Source: Lingula anatina (lineage: Eukaryota; Animalia; Brachiopoda). From it: 64,000 nt of DNA. A model generated the notes under the pieces. That model ran no database searches, was not told the DNA's origin, and was given only the letters and a program-made list of their open reading frames with translations. Made by a program: the position numbers and the translations under genes. The DNA is taken from positions 5,518,001 through 5,582,000 of the forward strand of contig CM120646.1 of assembly GCA_051362555.1 (NCBI GenBank). Reading direction: 5' to 3'. Positions 40,953 to 54,170 of the stretch are shown here, in pieces; position 1 is the first letter of the stretch, and the number at the start of each line of letters is the position of its first letter.

Positions 40953-43423
40953 CTGAGTTCTGATCCTAAACAAAAATAAAATGACGAAATTAATTAAATA
41001 AACCTTGATGTTTCTCTGAATAATCAGGACGCTTTGCTATCCAGCAGCACATCTGGAATAATAAGAAAGTATTTTGAGGATGTTCTCTTTCATTTGAGAC
41101 AAAATAGATCAACTACACTTACAAAATGATATTCATGTTTTTGAGCCAAATGTAGTGGTGTAAAAGATTTGAGAATATTTTATTAAAGTTAAATGACCAA
41201 ATAATTAATGAAAAAGCCACGAATCAATCCAATGTACCACTATGTGTGAATCAAACAGTTTCGAATTAATAAATGTAACAGAGGATTGTTCAAACAGTTT
41301 TGGATTAGTAAATGTTACAGAAGATTGTTCTGAGTTTGTAAATTGGTTTACAAAAATACGAAAGATGCCTTAATTTACGAGAAATAGCGTGTTACTCAGT
41401 CAGGAGTGGATCCAGTGATATTTTCTGACAGTCTTCCAAATTATTGTTGCTGGTCTATCCTCCACTGCCCCCACCCCACACCGGTACACTCGCGCGCGCG
41501 GTTTGGACTTACTAATGTGCCAATTTATTGAAAAAATAATCCCTGTTGTTAAAAGTCAAATGTATCCAGTTTTTGCCACTTAAGAAAATGAGTTGCTGGT
41601 TCTGATAGGGAGCTTGTCCTAGAAGATGTTGGACCAAACATCTGAACGGTGAGAGCAGGGCAGGAGGGGGGGGGGGGGGGGGGCGTCTCAACACTCTTTC
41701 GAGGGGAGGACTGCCCCAAGAAAATCTGAAGCAAATGGTGCATTTTGGTAGCATTTCACCTATAAATCAATTGATATTAATGTGAACACTACATTTTTAA
41801 TCTTATTTCAGAAATTATAAATACAAGAAAATATAAAAAGAAACAACTCTTTTATCATCACTGCTCATTGCTTAATACGTTTATTATAGGCCATATATCT
41901 ACCAGTCAGCCTCGAATAGTACCTCTCTCAATTGTCACAGTTATCGGAATGTTTTTTCATAGAATTTATGAACCTTTTAAATCCAAAACTTCATGTTAAA
42001 CTGTTAGAAAGAGCAACATTATTCATATCACCTCATCGTAAATTTCTAAAGTGGTCACTTGCACTGCCACCACCGTCAAACCGTGAGTCAATGTCACTGA
42101 CATCTTGATGTGACGGGTATGTGGCTGATTAAAGCATCTTTTTGTAGGATGATCTGCAAGGCCGGCTAGCCATGGCCTTGCCAACAAAAATGATCTACGC
42201 AAATTCTTTTTCCCCAGCTAGCTAAAAGGATCTTTGTCTGGAAAATTCATATCATTTGCTTCTTTTCTGTTTTTTAGGAAGCGATAGGTCTTTTTTGCCT
42301 CCATTCCCAGTGCTTGGAGCAGCGGTAGGTTCTAGGAAGCGAACGTGTCGTAAACAAATACGACCTATTTAAAAAGCCGGCGCAAAACATGTAAAGACGC
42401 AATGCTTGGTTTTCAAATTATAAATCTTTCGGTTGAAATGTCCTTAAGAAACAAATTAATATATTCCCAAAGCAAACAACATTTTATTTCGTGTAATGTA
42501 TTACGATTGCGAACCATTTTATGAGGGCTGTTCCTAATCTTTTATTTCCTTTCTTATATTACAGCGCTTTTTCGATTGTTTCCCCAAGCACTTTTTCTTC
42601 CGCGAAAGTAATACCTGGGCATGCACATGCTTCAAGATTTTGATATGATCTAAACCACTCGAGGCGATCACAATCTCAAGACATCTATTGTCACCGAGGT
42701 TAGTAAGAAAGTCACGGGATACCATTACAGTCAAAGTAAGGTCGTCCACGAAATCTTAAATAGAAAAATAGAAAAAAAAGATGCCTGTCTAAGTAAACTT
42801 GAAAAATTCTGACCGAATTCCAGAAGACCGAGATCTTCCCCTGTCGAGTCAGTTTCTTCGAAGGGTTAAGGCATATGCTATCACAAAAAAGTACTTGTAA
42901 CTTTTCTTTAGTTAACTTACCTATCACTAACACTAATGCTGATAATTATTCTGATAAATTGCACAATAATGGCCACGAGTGGGCGCAAACTAACTAATCA
43001 AACTTACATCTGTACTAACCTGTTTTTTACTAATACCAAGGTATTGTTCTTTCCTGCGTCCGTCCGGTGGTTTTCTTGTAGTATTGTACACTGTATATGA
43101 CAAGATATAGTACAGTGGAGCCAAGATAAGAATCTATGTCACGATCTTTAACTATACAATGTATGAAGGGGCGGTGTCAGTGAATTATTTGACATGGATT
43201 AATAGGGGAATGATAACTTTAAACCGTTTTCTCCAATCAAATAATTTTGAGTAAAATACGTTGTTAACATCGAACCTTAGGTGATCTGAGAGAATAGATT
43301 CACAGAAGTTCCTGTTCAATTCTAATTGCGACCATCGTTTAGATATTTAAGTATTCAGAGTAACATCGAGATTAATTTAATTAATTTTGTTCTTCTTATT
43401 TTCGTTTAGGATCAGAACTCACA

Positions 43424-44530
43424 TGGCGATGAAGAAATACATGCACGCATGTTAAGATACTTCGTAGTATATTACCTAGTACTACCAGTACTTCATGGGA
43501 TAAGAATTACTACTTCATGATAGAAGACGACTTTCTGTGTTAAAAATAAGGACCCTCAGGCGACTTTGCAATATTTACCACTTCATGGGACATTTGTATC
43601 CAAGCATGTTTCAGTTCTGGTTGGGTGACGAAATTAAACGAAAAGATCGATATGATGTTTCATTCTAGACTATATCATTTTCTATTTGCTATATCATTTT
43701 CAATATTCTTTAAAATTAGACAAAAGTTTTGGTGCGTGCCTTTACTCCTGAATTCTTGATACTGCAATATCAATAAAAGGCTCTCAATCTCAAATAAAGA
43801 CTCTTTTGAAAATGCGTGCTAGTGATTATGACTTGGAAATTGAACGGGTCGCTGTACATATCCAAACACCCCTACTAATCGTAAGTGCCCCCACTGTAAT
43901 GACATTGAAACAGAAACTCATTTTTTTTTACTGAAATGTAAAGAGCATAGTGATAGAAAAAGTACGCTCATGATACCACCTGAGTAGAATACAGACCATG
44001 AAAAACTTGACTGGCTGCTCCAATATTGGCATTTTTAAATGATAGTTTAAAATGAAAAATCTCAAAACTAAATGGTAAAACAAAGAAGTAGCTAGGCCTT
44101 TTATTCACAGGGAGCTCTTGAAATAGAGTACATTATTTATAGAAGTTAAACTCACGGTTATATACGAAAACATATGAAAACAGCAGCTTATTAAAGCTTT
44201 TTTTAATCAAAATAAACTTGACCTAGATAAAATACGAACTATCATTTTACGAACTAATATTTTATCGAGCACTAAAATGTGTACAGGTAACATTTCACAG
44301 GCTCTTTACTATTAGTTCTATAACATGTATGTAAATACAAAATCTTAACACACGTATCCATTTTCGCTGTTGTCTCTGTGATATTCCTGTGAGTGCCATA
44401 TATGGCTCGCTTGGATTTCCCAGACACTGTGATTACCCGTTCTCCGATATCTAATAGCGCAGGTGAAAATTATTCACCAGAAAGGACAGAACAACCGCAG
44501 TTTGTCTATCTTGTCCTAGGTGCATCAAGA
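43424..44530 (+). pseudogene. Glycosyltransferase-like copy D, 5' fragment interrupted by a 901-bp insertion
   Basis: Acceptor tttag/gatcagaactcac, then ATGGCGATGAAGAAA at about 43424-43449. Homology resumes at 44351-44530 (with in-frame TGA and TAG replacing W and Q codons) and then truncates. Confidence 0.85.
43450..44350. mobile_element. TG...CA element with 9-bp terminal inverted repeat and 6-bp TSD (solo LTR or non-autonomous DNA element)
   Basis: Ends TGTTAAGAT...ATCTTAACA with flanks cacgca / cacgta. It precisely interrupts copy D. Confidence 0.7.
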
Positions 44531-44584
44531 AGAATGGGAGAGAGATTTGTCCTTTTATGATAAACTCAGGTCGTACATGTATCA

Positions 44585-44783
44585 CCCCATTCTCATAGAT
44601 TAGATCGACCTACATTGGATCGACCTAACTCCCTGGGGGTTCACGCTAAATAGCTGTCAGCCGGGCGGACCCGAAAGTTAATTACCCCTTATAGCTTGTA
44701 GCTTAAGGCGGATTATCTGACAGTAATCTAGTGAGACTCCCCGCGGTGATAGATCGATCTAAAAGTTGTGAGAACAGAGCCCT
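44585..44783 (-). mobile_element. MITE-like repeat, inverted relative to 26503-26719
   Basis: Reverse-complement match to 26503-26719; absent from the paralogous flank at about 53660. Confidence 0.7.
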
Positions 44784-46126
44784 AGTATGTACAGACTATT
44801 TGAAAAGGAATATAAGGTCGAAAAATACGTCACATTTGAGTTTGACAAAATGACAAAATTACTGGTGGTAGGCCTACTGTTAAGGCAAGGTAGACCACCT
44901 ATAAGAATAGAGATGGTGTGTGTGTGATGTTTGTTTTAGGGTCCCATTGAGTGTGGAAAAATACAGGACGAGAGACATTTTATATATGAATGTTCGGCTT
45001 ACGTATAACCTCAAAGAAGATATTATGTCAAGAATTTTGAAGAATGACTTATATTTTTTAAAATTTGGATTGAACACTCACACACACACACAAACACAGA
45101 GAGAGAGAATGATTTATGGAAAAAATTTGGAAAATATTTAATAGATATATTAAGTGCATCTTTATGATACAAATATCTTTTATTTATTAGAAATAATAGG
45201 TACATATTTATATTTAGTTATTATGTAAATTTGTATTTAATATAAACTGATTGAAAACTGTTTAATATTAAGAAAAAACAGTGACTTATAAGCCCACCGG
45301 GGCTGGGTGCAAAAAATAAATTAATTAATTGACAAATTAAAAAAATTAAAAAGAAGGAAACACCTTGTGCACTTTTTCCTTAAACGACGTTCTACATTCT
45401 TTCCATCAATAATTGAACCATCTACGGTATGACATGGTAGCCAGCCCGTGTCCCCATGAAGTGCTAGGATAGGTAGAAATCGATGAAATCAGGAAAAGTA
45501 AGGAATTGGTTTATTTTGAGTGTTTTCACTATGAGAATACATCTAGAATCCCCAGACTTTAAAAGCATACTAAGTCTAAAAGGGTGCAATACATGAAAAA
45601 TGCAATATCTTATAGGACTGAAATTAGTTAAAAAACATACCAGAAATGTAAAGAACTACATACTCAAGTGATAGGAATATGTACTGTCTGTATTATAAAC
45701 ATCTCCATGCCTGCCAGTGACATATGAAGACCCCCAGAGGGCTGCAATTATTTAAGTACGCTTTGGTGTGCAATGTGACCCATCAGTTTATTATAGTCCT
45801 ACTTCATGTGAATGAGTATAATTTGATCCTTATCTCTTTTTTTTTGGAGCATTTATTAAATGTGTATGTTGGGAGAACAACATTAACCCGTTTCCGAGTT
45901 TCAAACTTTTAATTCTGCACAACTACACGTGAAATTCGCCAGTTTACTTTATGAAAGTGGTTAAATTACCTTTATTTTCCTGCATAATTTATGTTTGTCC
46001 AACGAGGCAAGATAATTTTCGTTTTTCTTTTGGTTGTCCACCCCCTGCAAAAAATCCTGGGTTCAGCACTGAAAGTAATGTCTTACTGTTTTCCTTATAG
46101 AGGGGGTAGAACGTATAAGAAGGGAG

Positions 46127-47236
46127 TTAGTGCAAGGGAAAAACATCAGGAAAGAAATCGGGTTCATCCTTCTCATTCCCATACAGGATTTTCTTTACTT
46201 TTGGTAAACTTCTCCAGTGCAGAATCCTTTGAATACCTGGATGGGACTTATTGAATGCAGTGGTTATAAACTTTGTGGAAACTCTGTATTCAACACTTTG
46301 TTTTCTCCTGGCTTTCCCTGGAATGTCAGTATACATGGCCTGTCCCTTAAAAGTCTGAAGCAAGTTAATTTTCCCCCCTTTAGCGGTTTCAACTGTGTTG
46401 TTCTTGTTAATCCACGTACGAAAATAGTCACGCGATATACGGAAGTCTTCAGAATCGGTGTAGGCTCCCTTTAACATATTGATCGAGTGATGCCTTGCAT
46501 TATTTGCGTACACCGCATTGCAAAGGACACGATTTGAATTATAAAACATCGCAGATATGTGAATGACAAACCACTGAGCAAAGAACCATGAGGTGTGATC
46601 TAAATCGCTTATGTATGGCAACAAAAAGGAAATTGTGTGGCGGTGAAACCCGTTGAAAATAGCATCGAAGTTGTATTTCACCCCAACTGGGGCTGGAGCA
46701 TCGTGCTTGTTAAAACTATATCTTGGAAACCCAACTGCCGGTTGGAAATCGAGTAAAAACATTTCAAATCGATCATAAGGGTTTCTTGGTAATTTTCTTC
46801 GCCACCAGCGTTTTTTATTCTCCTCATTAGTTAGCAACAGATCATCGTCCAGAAATAGGTAGTACAAGTAGCCGCCGTCATTCCTTTTAGCTGCACGTTC
46901 AATTGCTTCCCAAAGCAGCCGGTTACGACCTGTGGCATGAGTGCTATTCGGAAAGTAAATGTCGCCTGTTTTGTCTCTGTAAGTCAGCCATATTATTTCT
47001 CTATTCGGCGTGGCCTTGAGACCGGGAATAGGGCGTCTTGATGCACCTTGGACGAGATAGACAAACTGCGATTTTCTTGTCCTTTTGGGTGAATCATTTT
47101 CACCTGTGCTATTAGATATTGGAGAACGGGTAATCACAGTGTCTGGGACATCCAAGCGAGCCGTATATTGCACCCACAGGAGTATCACAGAGCCAACAGC
47201 AAACAAGAATACGTGAAAGCATTTCTTCATCGCCAT
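46127..47236 (-). CDS. Type II membrane putative glycosyltransferase, copy E, 369 aa
   Basis: Intact ORF colinear with copy A, with the same acceptor 13 nt before the ATG and the LFLDDD motif. Confidence 0.8.
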   Translation of the reverse strand: MAMKKCFHVFLFAVGSVILLWVQYTARLDVPDTVITRSPISNSTGENDSPKRTRKSQFVYLVQGASRRPIPGLKATPNREIIWLTYRDKTGDIYFPNSTHATGRNRLLWEAIERAAKRNDGGYLYYLFLDDDLLLTNEENKKRWWRRKLPRNPYDRFEMFLLDFQPAVGFPRYSFNKHDAPAPVGVKYNFDAIFNGFHRHTISFLLPYISDLDHTSWFFAQWFVIHISAMFYNSNRVLCNAVYANNARHHSINMLKGAYTDSEDFRISRDYFRTWINKNNTVETAKGGKINLLQTFKGQAMYTDIPGKARRKQSVEYRVSTKFITTAFNKSHPGIQRILHWRSLPKVKKILYGNEKDEPDFFPDVFPLH

Positions 47237-48839
47237 CTGAGACCCGATCCTAAACAAAAATAAAAAGAACAAAATTAATTAAAATAACCTTGATGTTCCT
47301 CTGAATTCTGAGGACGCTATGCTAACCAGCAGCGCATTTTAAATAATATGCTGTTTTGAGGATGTTCTCTTTCATTTGAGACAAAATAGATCGATTGTAT
47401 TAACAAAATCAGAAGCATATCGATATAGGCTACTATTGTTATTGAGGCTGATAATGTGGTTTAAAAGATTTGAGATTTTTTTATTCAAGATAAATCACCA
47501 AAGCAAGAATCAAAAGGCCACGAATGCATTCCACTCAGTTGCTCGGTTGCTTCAAAGGGTAAAGGTATATATGCTATCACAATAAGTACCTGTAACTATT
47601 CTTTTGTCACCTCACGTATCACTAACACTGCTGCTGCTAGTTATTCTGATAAATTCACATCTACTGCATAAAACAACTGGCCACGAGTGGGCGCAAACTA
47701 ACTCCCTTGTACATTTATACTAACCTGGGTTTTACCAGTACATTTGTCCTGCGTCCGTTCGCAGGCTCTATTCTAGTATTGTACACCGTTGAAGACAGGA
47801 TACAGTACAGTGCGGTCAAGATATGAATCTGTGTATCGCACGATCATCGACCCTACGATATATGTGTGTAAGTATGCAAATTATCATGATGGTCTGACCA
47901 ACAATTTTGGTAATTTCGGTTTAATTTGCATTTAATGATAAACTTCTCAGCTGCCCTGCATTATACATGTACTTGCACACGTATATACTGGGGAGGGGGA
48001 GGGGGCGGTGTCACCGTACAGTATTATTTGCCATGCATTCATAGGGAAATAATGAACTTCCATAAAAAACAATACTTTTGAAAAGAAAATTGATAACATC
48101 GCACTTAAGGTGATCTGGAGAATGGATTCATAAAATTTTAATTGTGGTCATCGTTTGAACATTTACCTTTGTGTGATTTGTCTTCGTTGGCACTTGAAGG
48201 CACTGTGCGTACAGCTCCCCCCCCTTCGAAAAAAAGTTAATTCCTAATTGATAAAATATTTAATTGTTTCACCCAAGTCCTCTTTTTAAAATTCCATGTC
48301 TTATGAACAAAATTTCCATGAGAATCGACCTTAAATCATTATTCGTAGATGCACACAGGGCGATAAAATAATAATAATAATAATAATAATAAATAGTACA
48401 TATTTCACGTAATTTCCATATCTAAATCTTATAAAGAACCTTAATAAAAAGAGATATTCCAACTAATTTCTAGATTCAATTCTAATCATAGCAACATAAA
48501 TAATTGCTTATAAAACCTTAATTCATACATGTAAAACGCCAGTACGATACAATACAAAGCTCCAAGAATGTCGAACAGGTTTTATTTGTCATTCTGTTGT
48601 GGTGTCCAATTCACACAGCCCCTACCATGCCAACCTGACAAGGTAACAGGAGAAGCCGCCCTACTACTAGACTCTTCTTTCCTGCCATGTTCTTCTTGTA
48701 GCTCGTACTGTGTATGTAGCTCCAAAAGTTCGTAATCAGGAGATGTCATTTTCAGAGCCATAGGGTGCATTCCCAGATCGATCCAGACGTTTAGATTTAG
48801 ATTGGCCTAACTCCTAACTATAACTAATTAGCTTTTTTG

Positions 48840-49295
48840 GAGGAGGGGAAAAGTTGTACGACCATTAGGTGCGATGTTATCAACGTATTCTTCTCAAAAT
48901 TATTTTTGATTAAAGAAAACGTTTACGATGCCCCTATGAATGCATGTCAGTTAATGTCAGCTGACACCGCCCCCCATAAATATACATGTTAATGAAAATT
49001 TGCATATATATGTATCCATTGGTCAAAGATCGTGCGGTAAATTGATGCATATCTTGCCTGCATTTTATTGGAGGGGGGAAATAATTGTACGACCATTAGG
49101 TGCGATGTTATCATCGTATTCTTGTCAAAATTATTTTTGATCAAAGAAAACGTTTATGATTCCCCTATGAATGCATGTCAGTTAAAGCACTGACACCGCC
49201 CCCATAAATATACATGTAAATGAAAATTTGCATATATATGTATCCATTGGTCAAAGATCGTGCGGTAAATTGATGCATATCTTGACTGCATTTTA
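48840..49295. repeat. Tandem duplication of about 230 bp upstream of copy F
   Basis: ttgtacgaccattaggtgcgatgttatc...gatcgtgcggtaaattgatgcatatcttg occurs twice (about 48854-49056 and 49085-49285). Confidence 0.85.
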
Positions 49296-49947
49296 CTGTA
49301 ACTTGTCAGTGTACAGTATTAGAAGAAAGCCACCGAACGGTAAGTACAAACATGTATGTAATAAAGAGTAAGTTTGCGCCCACTCGTAGCCAGTTGTGTT
49401 CTGCAGTATATGTGAATTTAGCAGAATAATTAGTAGCAGCAGTATTATTGATACGTAGTTGACTAAAGAATAGTTACAGGCACTTTTTGTGATAGCATAT
49501 ACCTTTACTCTTTGAAGCAACTGAGTCTGAGTAACATGTCATTTCTCGCGAATTAAGGCATTCTTACGTACATTGTATTTTTGTTAACAAGTTTACAAAC
49601 CCCAAAAAATCCACTGTAACATTTATTAATCCGAAACTGTATACATCAGTCACACATAGCGGCACATGGGATTGATTCAGGGTCTTTTGATTCATAATTT
49701 GGACATTTATCTTTAAAGCAAAATCTTTTAAACCACTTCATTCATCTCAATAACATTAGCATCTAACGAATATAATTTTTAAATGACTTTTTGAGTACAA
49801 TCGATCTACATGTTGTACTTCGTCCTAAATGAAAGATACTTTTATTCTTTGAAAATGTGCTGCTGGTTTACATAAAAGGGCACGTATACAGAGGAACACC
49901 AAGATTAATTAATTTTCTTTTAATTTTTGTTTAGGATCAGAACTCAG

Positions 49948-51048
49948 ATGGCGAAGAAGAAATGCTTTCGCCTATCCTTGTTTGCCGTTGTCTCTGTGAT
50001 ACTCCTGTACGTGCCATATATGGCTCGCTTGGATTTCCCAGACACTGTGATTACCCGTTCTCCGATATCAAGTAGCAGAGTAGAAAATGATTCTCCAGAA
50101 ACGACAGGACAACCGCAGTTTGTCTATCTCGTCCAAGGCGCATCGAGACACCCTATTCCCGGTCTCAAGGCCACGCCGAATAGAGAAATAATATGGCTGA
50201 CGTACAGAGACAAAACAGGCGACATCTACTTTCCGAATAGCACTCATGCCACAGGTCGTAACCGGCTGCTTTGGGAAGCAACTGAACGTGCATCTAAAAG
50301 GAATGACGGCGGCTACTTGTACTACCTATTTCTGGACGATGACTTGTTGCTAACTAATGAGAAGGATAAGAAACGCTGGTGGCGAAAAAATTTACCAAGC
50401 AACCCTTTTGAACGATTTGAACTGTTTTTACTGGATTTCCAACCGGCAGTTGGGTTTCCAGGTTATTTTTTTCACCTCCCTGATGTTCCATCCCCAGTTG
50501 GGGTGACATACAACTTCGATGCTATTTTCAACGGGTTTCACCGCCACACAATTTCCTTCATGTTGCCATACATAAGCGATTTAGATCACACCTCATGGTT
50601 CTTTGCGCAGTGGTTTGTCATTCACATATCTGCAATGTTTTATAATTCAAATCGTGTCCTTTGCAAAGCGGTGTACGCAAAAAATAAAAGGCATCACTCG
50701 AGCAATGGAGCCTACACCGATTCTAACGATTTCCGTATATCGCGTGACTATTTTCGAACGTGGTTTAACAAGAACAACACAGTTAAAACCGCCAACGGGG
50801 AGATTATTTACTTGCTTCAGACTTTTAAGACACAAGCCATGTATTTGGACATTCCGGGAAATGCCAGCAGAAAACACAATATGGAATACAGAGTTTCCAC
50901 AAAGTTTATAACCACTGCATTCAATAAGTCCCATCCAGGTGTTCAAAGGATTCTGCACTGGAGAAGTTTACCAAAAGTAAGGAATATTCTCTATGGAAGT
51001 GAGAAGGATGAACCCGATTTCTTTCCGGATGTTTTCCCCTTGCACTAA
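49948..51048 (+). CDS. Type II membrane putative glycosyltransferase, copy F, 366 aa
   Basis: Intact ORF, inverted relative to E, with a 9-nt in-frame deletion (HHSSNGAY versus HHSVNKLKGAY). Confidence 0.8.
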   Translation: MAKKKCFRLSLFAVVSVILLYVPYMARLDFPDTVITRSPISSSRVENDSPETTGQPQFVYLVQGASRHPIPGLKATPNREIIWLTYRDKTGDIYFPNSTHATGRNRLLWEATERASKRNDGGYLYYLFLDDDLLLTNEKDKKRWWRKNLPSNPFERFELFLLDFQPAVGFPGYFFHLPDVPSPVGVTYNFDAIFNGFHRHTISFMLPYISDLDHTSWFFAQWFVIHISAMFYNSNRVLCKAVYAKNKRHHSSNGAYTDSNDFRISRDYFRTWFNKNNTVKTANGEIIYLLQTFKTQAMYLDIPGNASRKHNMEYRVSTKFITTAFNKSHPGVQRILHWRSLPKVRNILYGSEKDEPDFFPDVFPLH

Positions 51049-51749
51049 CCCCCTCTTTATACATTCTACGCCCGCCACAAAGAAACCAGTTAGACATTTT
51101 CACTGCTGGACCCAGAATTTTTCTGAAAGGGGGTGGACAACAAAAAAGAAACGACAAAATATCTTGCTTTCCTGGACAAACATTAAATATGCAGGGAAAG
51201 AAGTGGTAATTTAGACACTTTCATAAAGTAGACTGGTGGACTCACATGACGCTGTGCAGTATTAGAAAAAAATTAAAACTCGAAAACAGTTTTATGTTTT
51301 TCTTTCAGCGATTTTCGACAGGGTTTAAATTGGTTCTTATGGGGACATTGCTTAAATCAACAGGTCTTTTATATAGATATGAAACACACATGGTGTATGC
51401 CTTAAATATTATGCACATATATATATCATGTATCTTTCTATCCGGCATAATTTCGAATTTAAATAGGGAATCTTATGTAAATGGAGAGCATAGAGTAGGA
51501 GTGACCACTGACCAGTACCGATAGAATAATAAAAACCCCTTGCTTCAACCCCTGAGTTCTGATCGAGTACGGGCGGGGAGACGGCAGTTGCCGTCTATAA
51601 AGGGCTGTAACAATGTATGTTCCACGTGTCCTACCCTTTACCACTGGTAGCACCAGGACCACAGATTGATTTATCACTAAACATTCACAGTTATGTCTCA
51701 AAATAAATGATAGCACTTTTCTCACATACTTACCAGGGTATCTGCGACC

Positions 51750-51895
51750 TACCCTCTACCAGGTTCACGGTTATTATTGTGGTCATTTTTTTTTTTTTTT
51801 GCTGAATGACATCAGACCAAAATGACTGTCTATTTATCTAGAGACTTATCTGTGAATATCTGTGAAAAATCAATCTGTCGCCCTGGTAGAGGGTA
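51750..51895. mobile_element. TACCCTCTACCAGG-ended MITE with 9-bp TSD, nested in an older relative (about 51632-51917)
   Basis: TSD tctgcgacc at 51741-51749 and 51896-51904; same termini as 31037-31499. The host element without the insert is seen inverted at about 36262-36383. Confidence 0.75.
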
Positions 51896-53324
51896 TCTGC
51901 GACCCTGGTAAAGGGTATATATACACACACACCCCACATCCTTCTCGGGTGCGGACACAAAGACATCGTGATGTCCTACTCCCAGGTTCAAAATTTCACT
52001 CAATTAAACATAAACTAATATGCTCTTCAAAAAAGAGATATGGATCAAATTATACTCTTCTACCGGTACACGAAATAGAAGTTAAATAAACTGCTATGTT
52101 ATCATTATATTTCACATCTAAATAATTGCTGTCTAACAGCCCTCTGTGCGTCTTCATATGTCACAGGCATGCATGGAGACAGTTTTTATATAATAAAGAC
52201 AGTACATATTGCTATCACTTGTGTCTGTCAGCGTAGTTCCTTACATTTCTAGTGTTTTTCACTAATTTCCATCCTATGAGACATTGTATTTTTCATGTAC
52301 TGCACCCTTTTAGATTAAGTTGTGTTGTGAACCGTTCAAAATGACTTTCACTTTAGTTTATAACTGTACTGAACTTCAGTGCATGTATCAATTTCCATTA
52401 AAGAATTAACTAATCTATGGGCTCCGACATGACTCCGGATTCGACTCAGTCTTTCACTTTACGTGCACAGAGAAGCATAACAGAATAACCTTACATCTTC
52501 AGTCTCAAGTCTAAAAGTGTCTTTATTATGTACAACATTCACATTTTATACACACTATCTACAGGGAATCTATGCGTACAAGTGGCTGCTACTTATTTAC
52601 ATACTACTAATTGTTGTGCAATATTAACAGGTGATATGTATCTGTCTCAGGCATAGGCCTACCTATGGGCCTCTACAGAAAATAATATTTATGTATACAG
52701 GACAGACGCAAATAAGATAATAATAATGTGGAATTGGTGCAGGAGTGCAGAGTATGCTTTGGAGTTCGGATTCAGGATATACTCTCAGTGAAAGCGATTC
52801 GTTTTTTTTTTCAGAGTTCATCGAATTCTACTTACATGTATTCTAGCTCTAAACGAGGACACAGGACGGGTACCCTGTAAGTGCCGTAGGTGCTTCAATT
52901 ATTGATGGAAAGAATGAAGAACATCGTTTAAAGGAAGAGTGTATACAATATTTTCTTTTTTTTTTGCACCCAGCTCCAGTGGGCTTATAAGTCACTTTTT
53001 TTCTTTATGTTAAAAAATTTCAATCAACTAATACTAAAAACATATAAATACGTTAACTAAATATAAACGTGTACCTAATATTTCTTACAGATTAAAGTTT
53101 TCAGATCGTAAAGGCGCACTCGGTACATGTAGGCCCTACCTCTGGTAAATATTATATATATATATTTTCCATTACTTTTTAAAGTTTTTCTAACCAATCC
53201 AAATTTAAAAAATCTGAATCGTTCTCCAAAATTCTTGACATCATATCTTCTATGAGGTTATATGTACAGTAAGCCGAACATCCACATATAAAATGCCTCT
53301 CGTCTTGTATTTTTCCACACTCAC

Positions 53325-53493
53325 CAGGCCCGTAGCCAGCTATTTCAAGGGGAGGGGGGTCTTTTTCTGAAAAAGTGGACCTTTTACCATATAATCCCCA
53401 TGTACCTAGGTCAAATTTTACCCAGAGTGGACCTTTTTCCAGCAAAAAGGGGGGCTCTTTCGAACCCCCCGAACCCCCCTGGCTACGGGCCTG
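53325..53493. mobile_element. CAGGCCCGTAGCCAG MITE, 5-bp TSD
   Basis: Perfect TIR with TSD ctcac; highly similar to 9769-9935. Confidence 0.85.
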
Positions 53494-53990
53494 CTCACAC
53501 ATCTATATCACACACACTCGTTCCTCTACACTTTCCCTAACAAACATGCCCGTCTCTTTGGGGTGGTAAACCTATCCTTAACTGTGTCGCCAATAATCTT
53601 GTCATTTTGTCAACTGTGACATATTTTTCTACCTTACATTCCCTTTCAAATAGTCTGTACATGTACGTCCCGAGTTTATCATAAAAGGGAGAATCTCTCC
53701 ATTCTCTCGACACCAAATCTCTCAAGCTTATATAGGCCTATATTACCGCACAACTATCCACATCTACCTGTACAGGTACACTAGCTCAAATTTACTTGTG
53801 ATGCTAAATTCTTGTAGTACAGTATATAACTCCCTTGATAAGTTATTTTTGCGCTTATTATGATATATGATAAAAAACTTTTTCGCTGATCTTGATGAAT
53901 TCATTAAAATCAGTTTGGTCCAATATCTCAGCATATTTAACCACCTTATGGGAATGGGAATGCAATCCGTCTCTTCGCGGAGCCCCAATA

Positions 53991-54129
53991 CAGTGGCGGA
54001 TTTTGAGGGGGGATCAGGGGGGTCCTGACCCCCCCTTCGATTTCTGGTCCCCTCTTGAAATGAAAAAAAAATTGACTAACTGAATCATAGTTCTAAACTG
54101 TTCCAGGCCCCCAATCCCACACCATGTCT

Positions 54130-54170
<41 letters not shown>

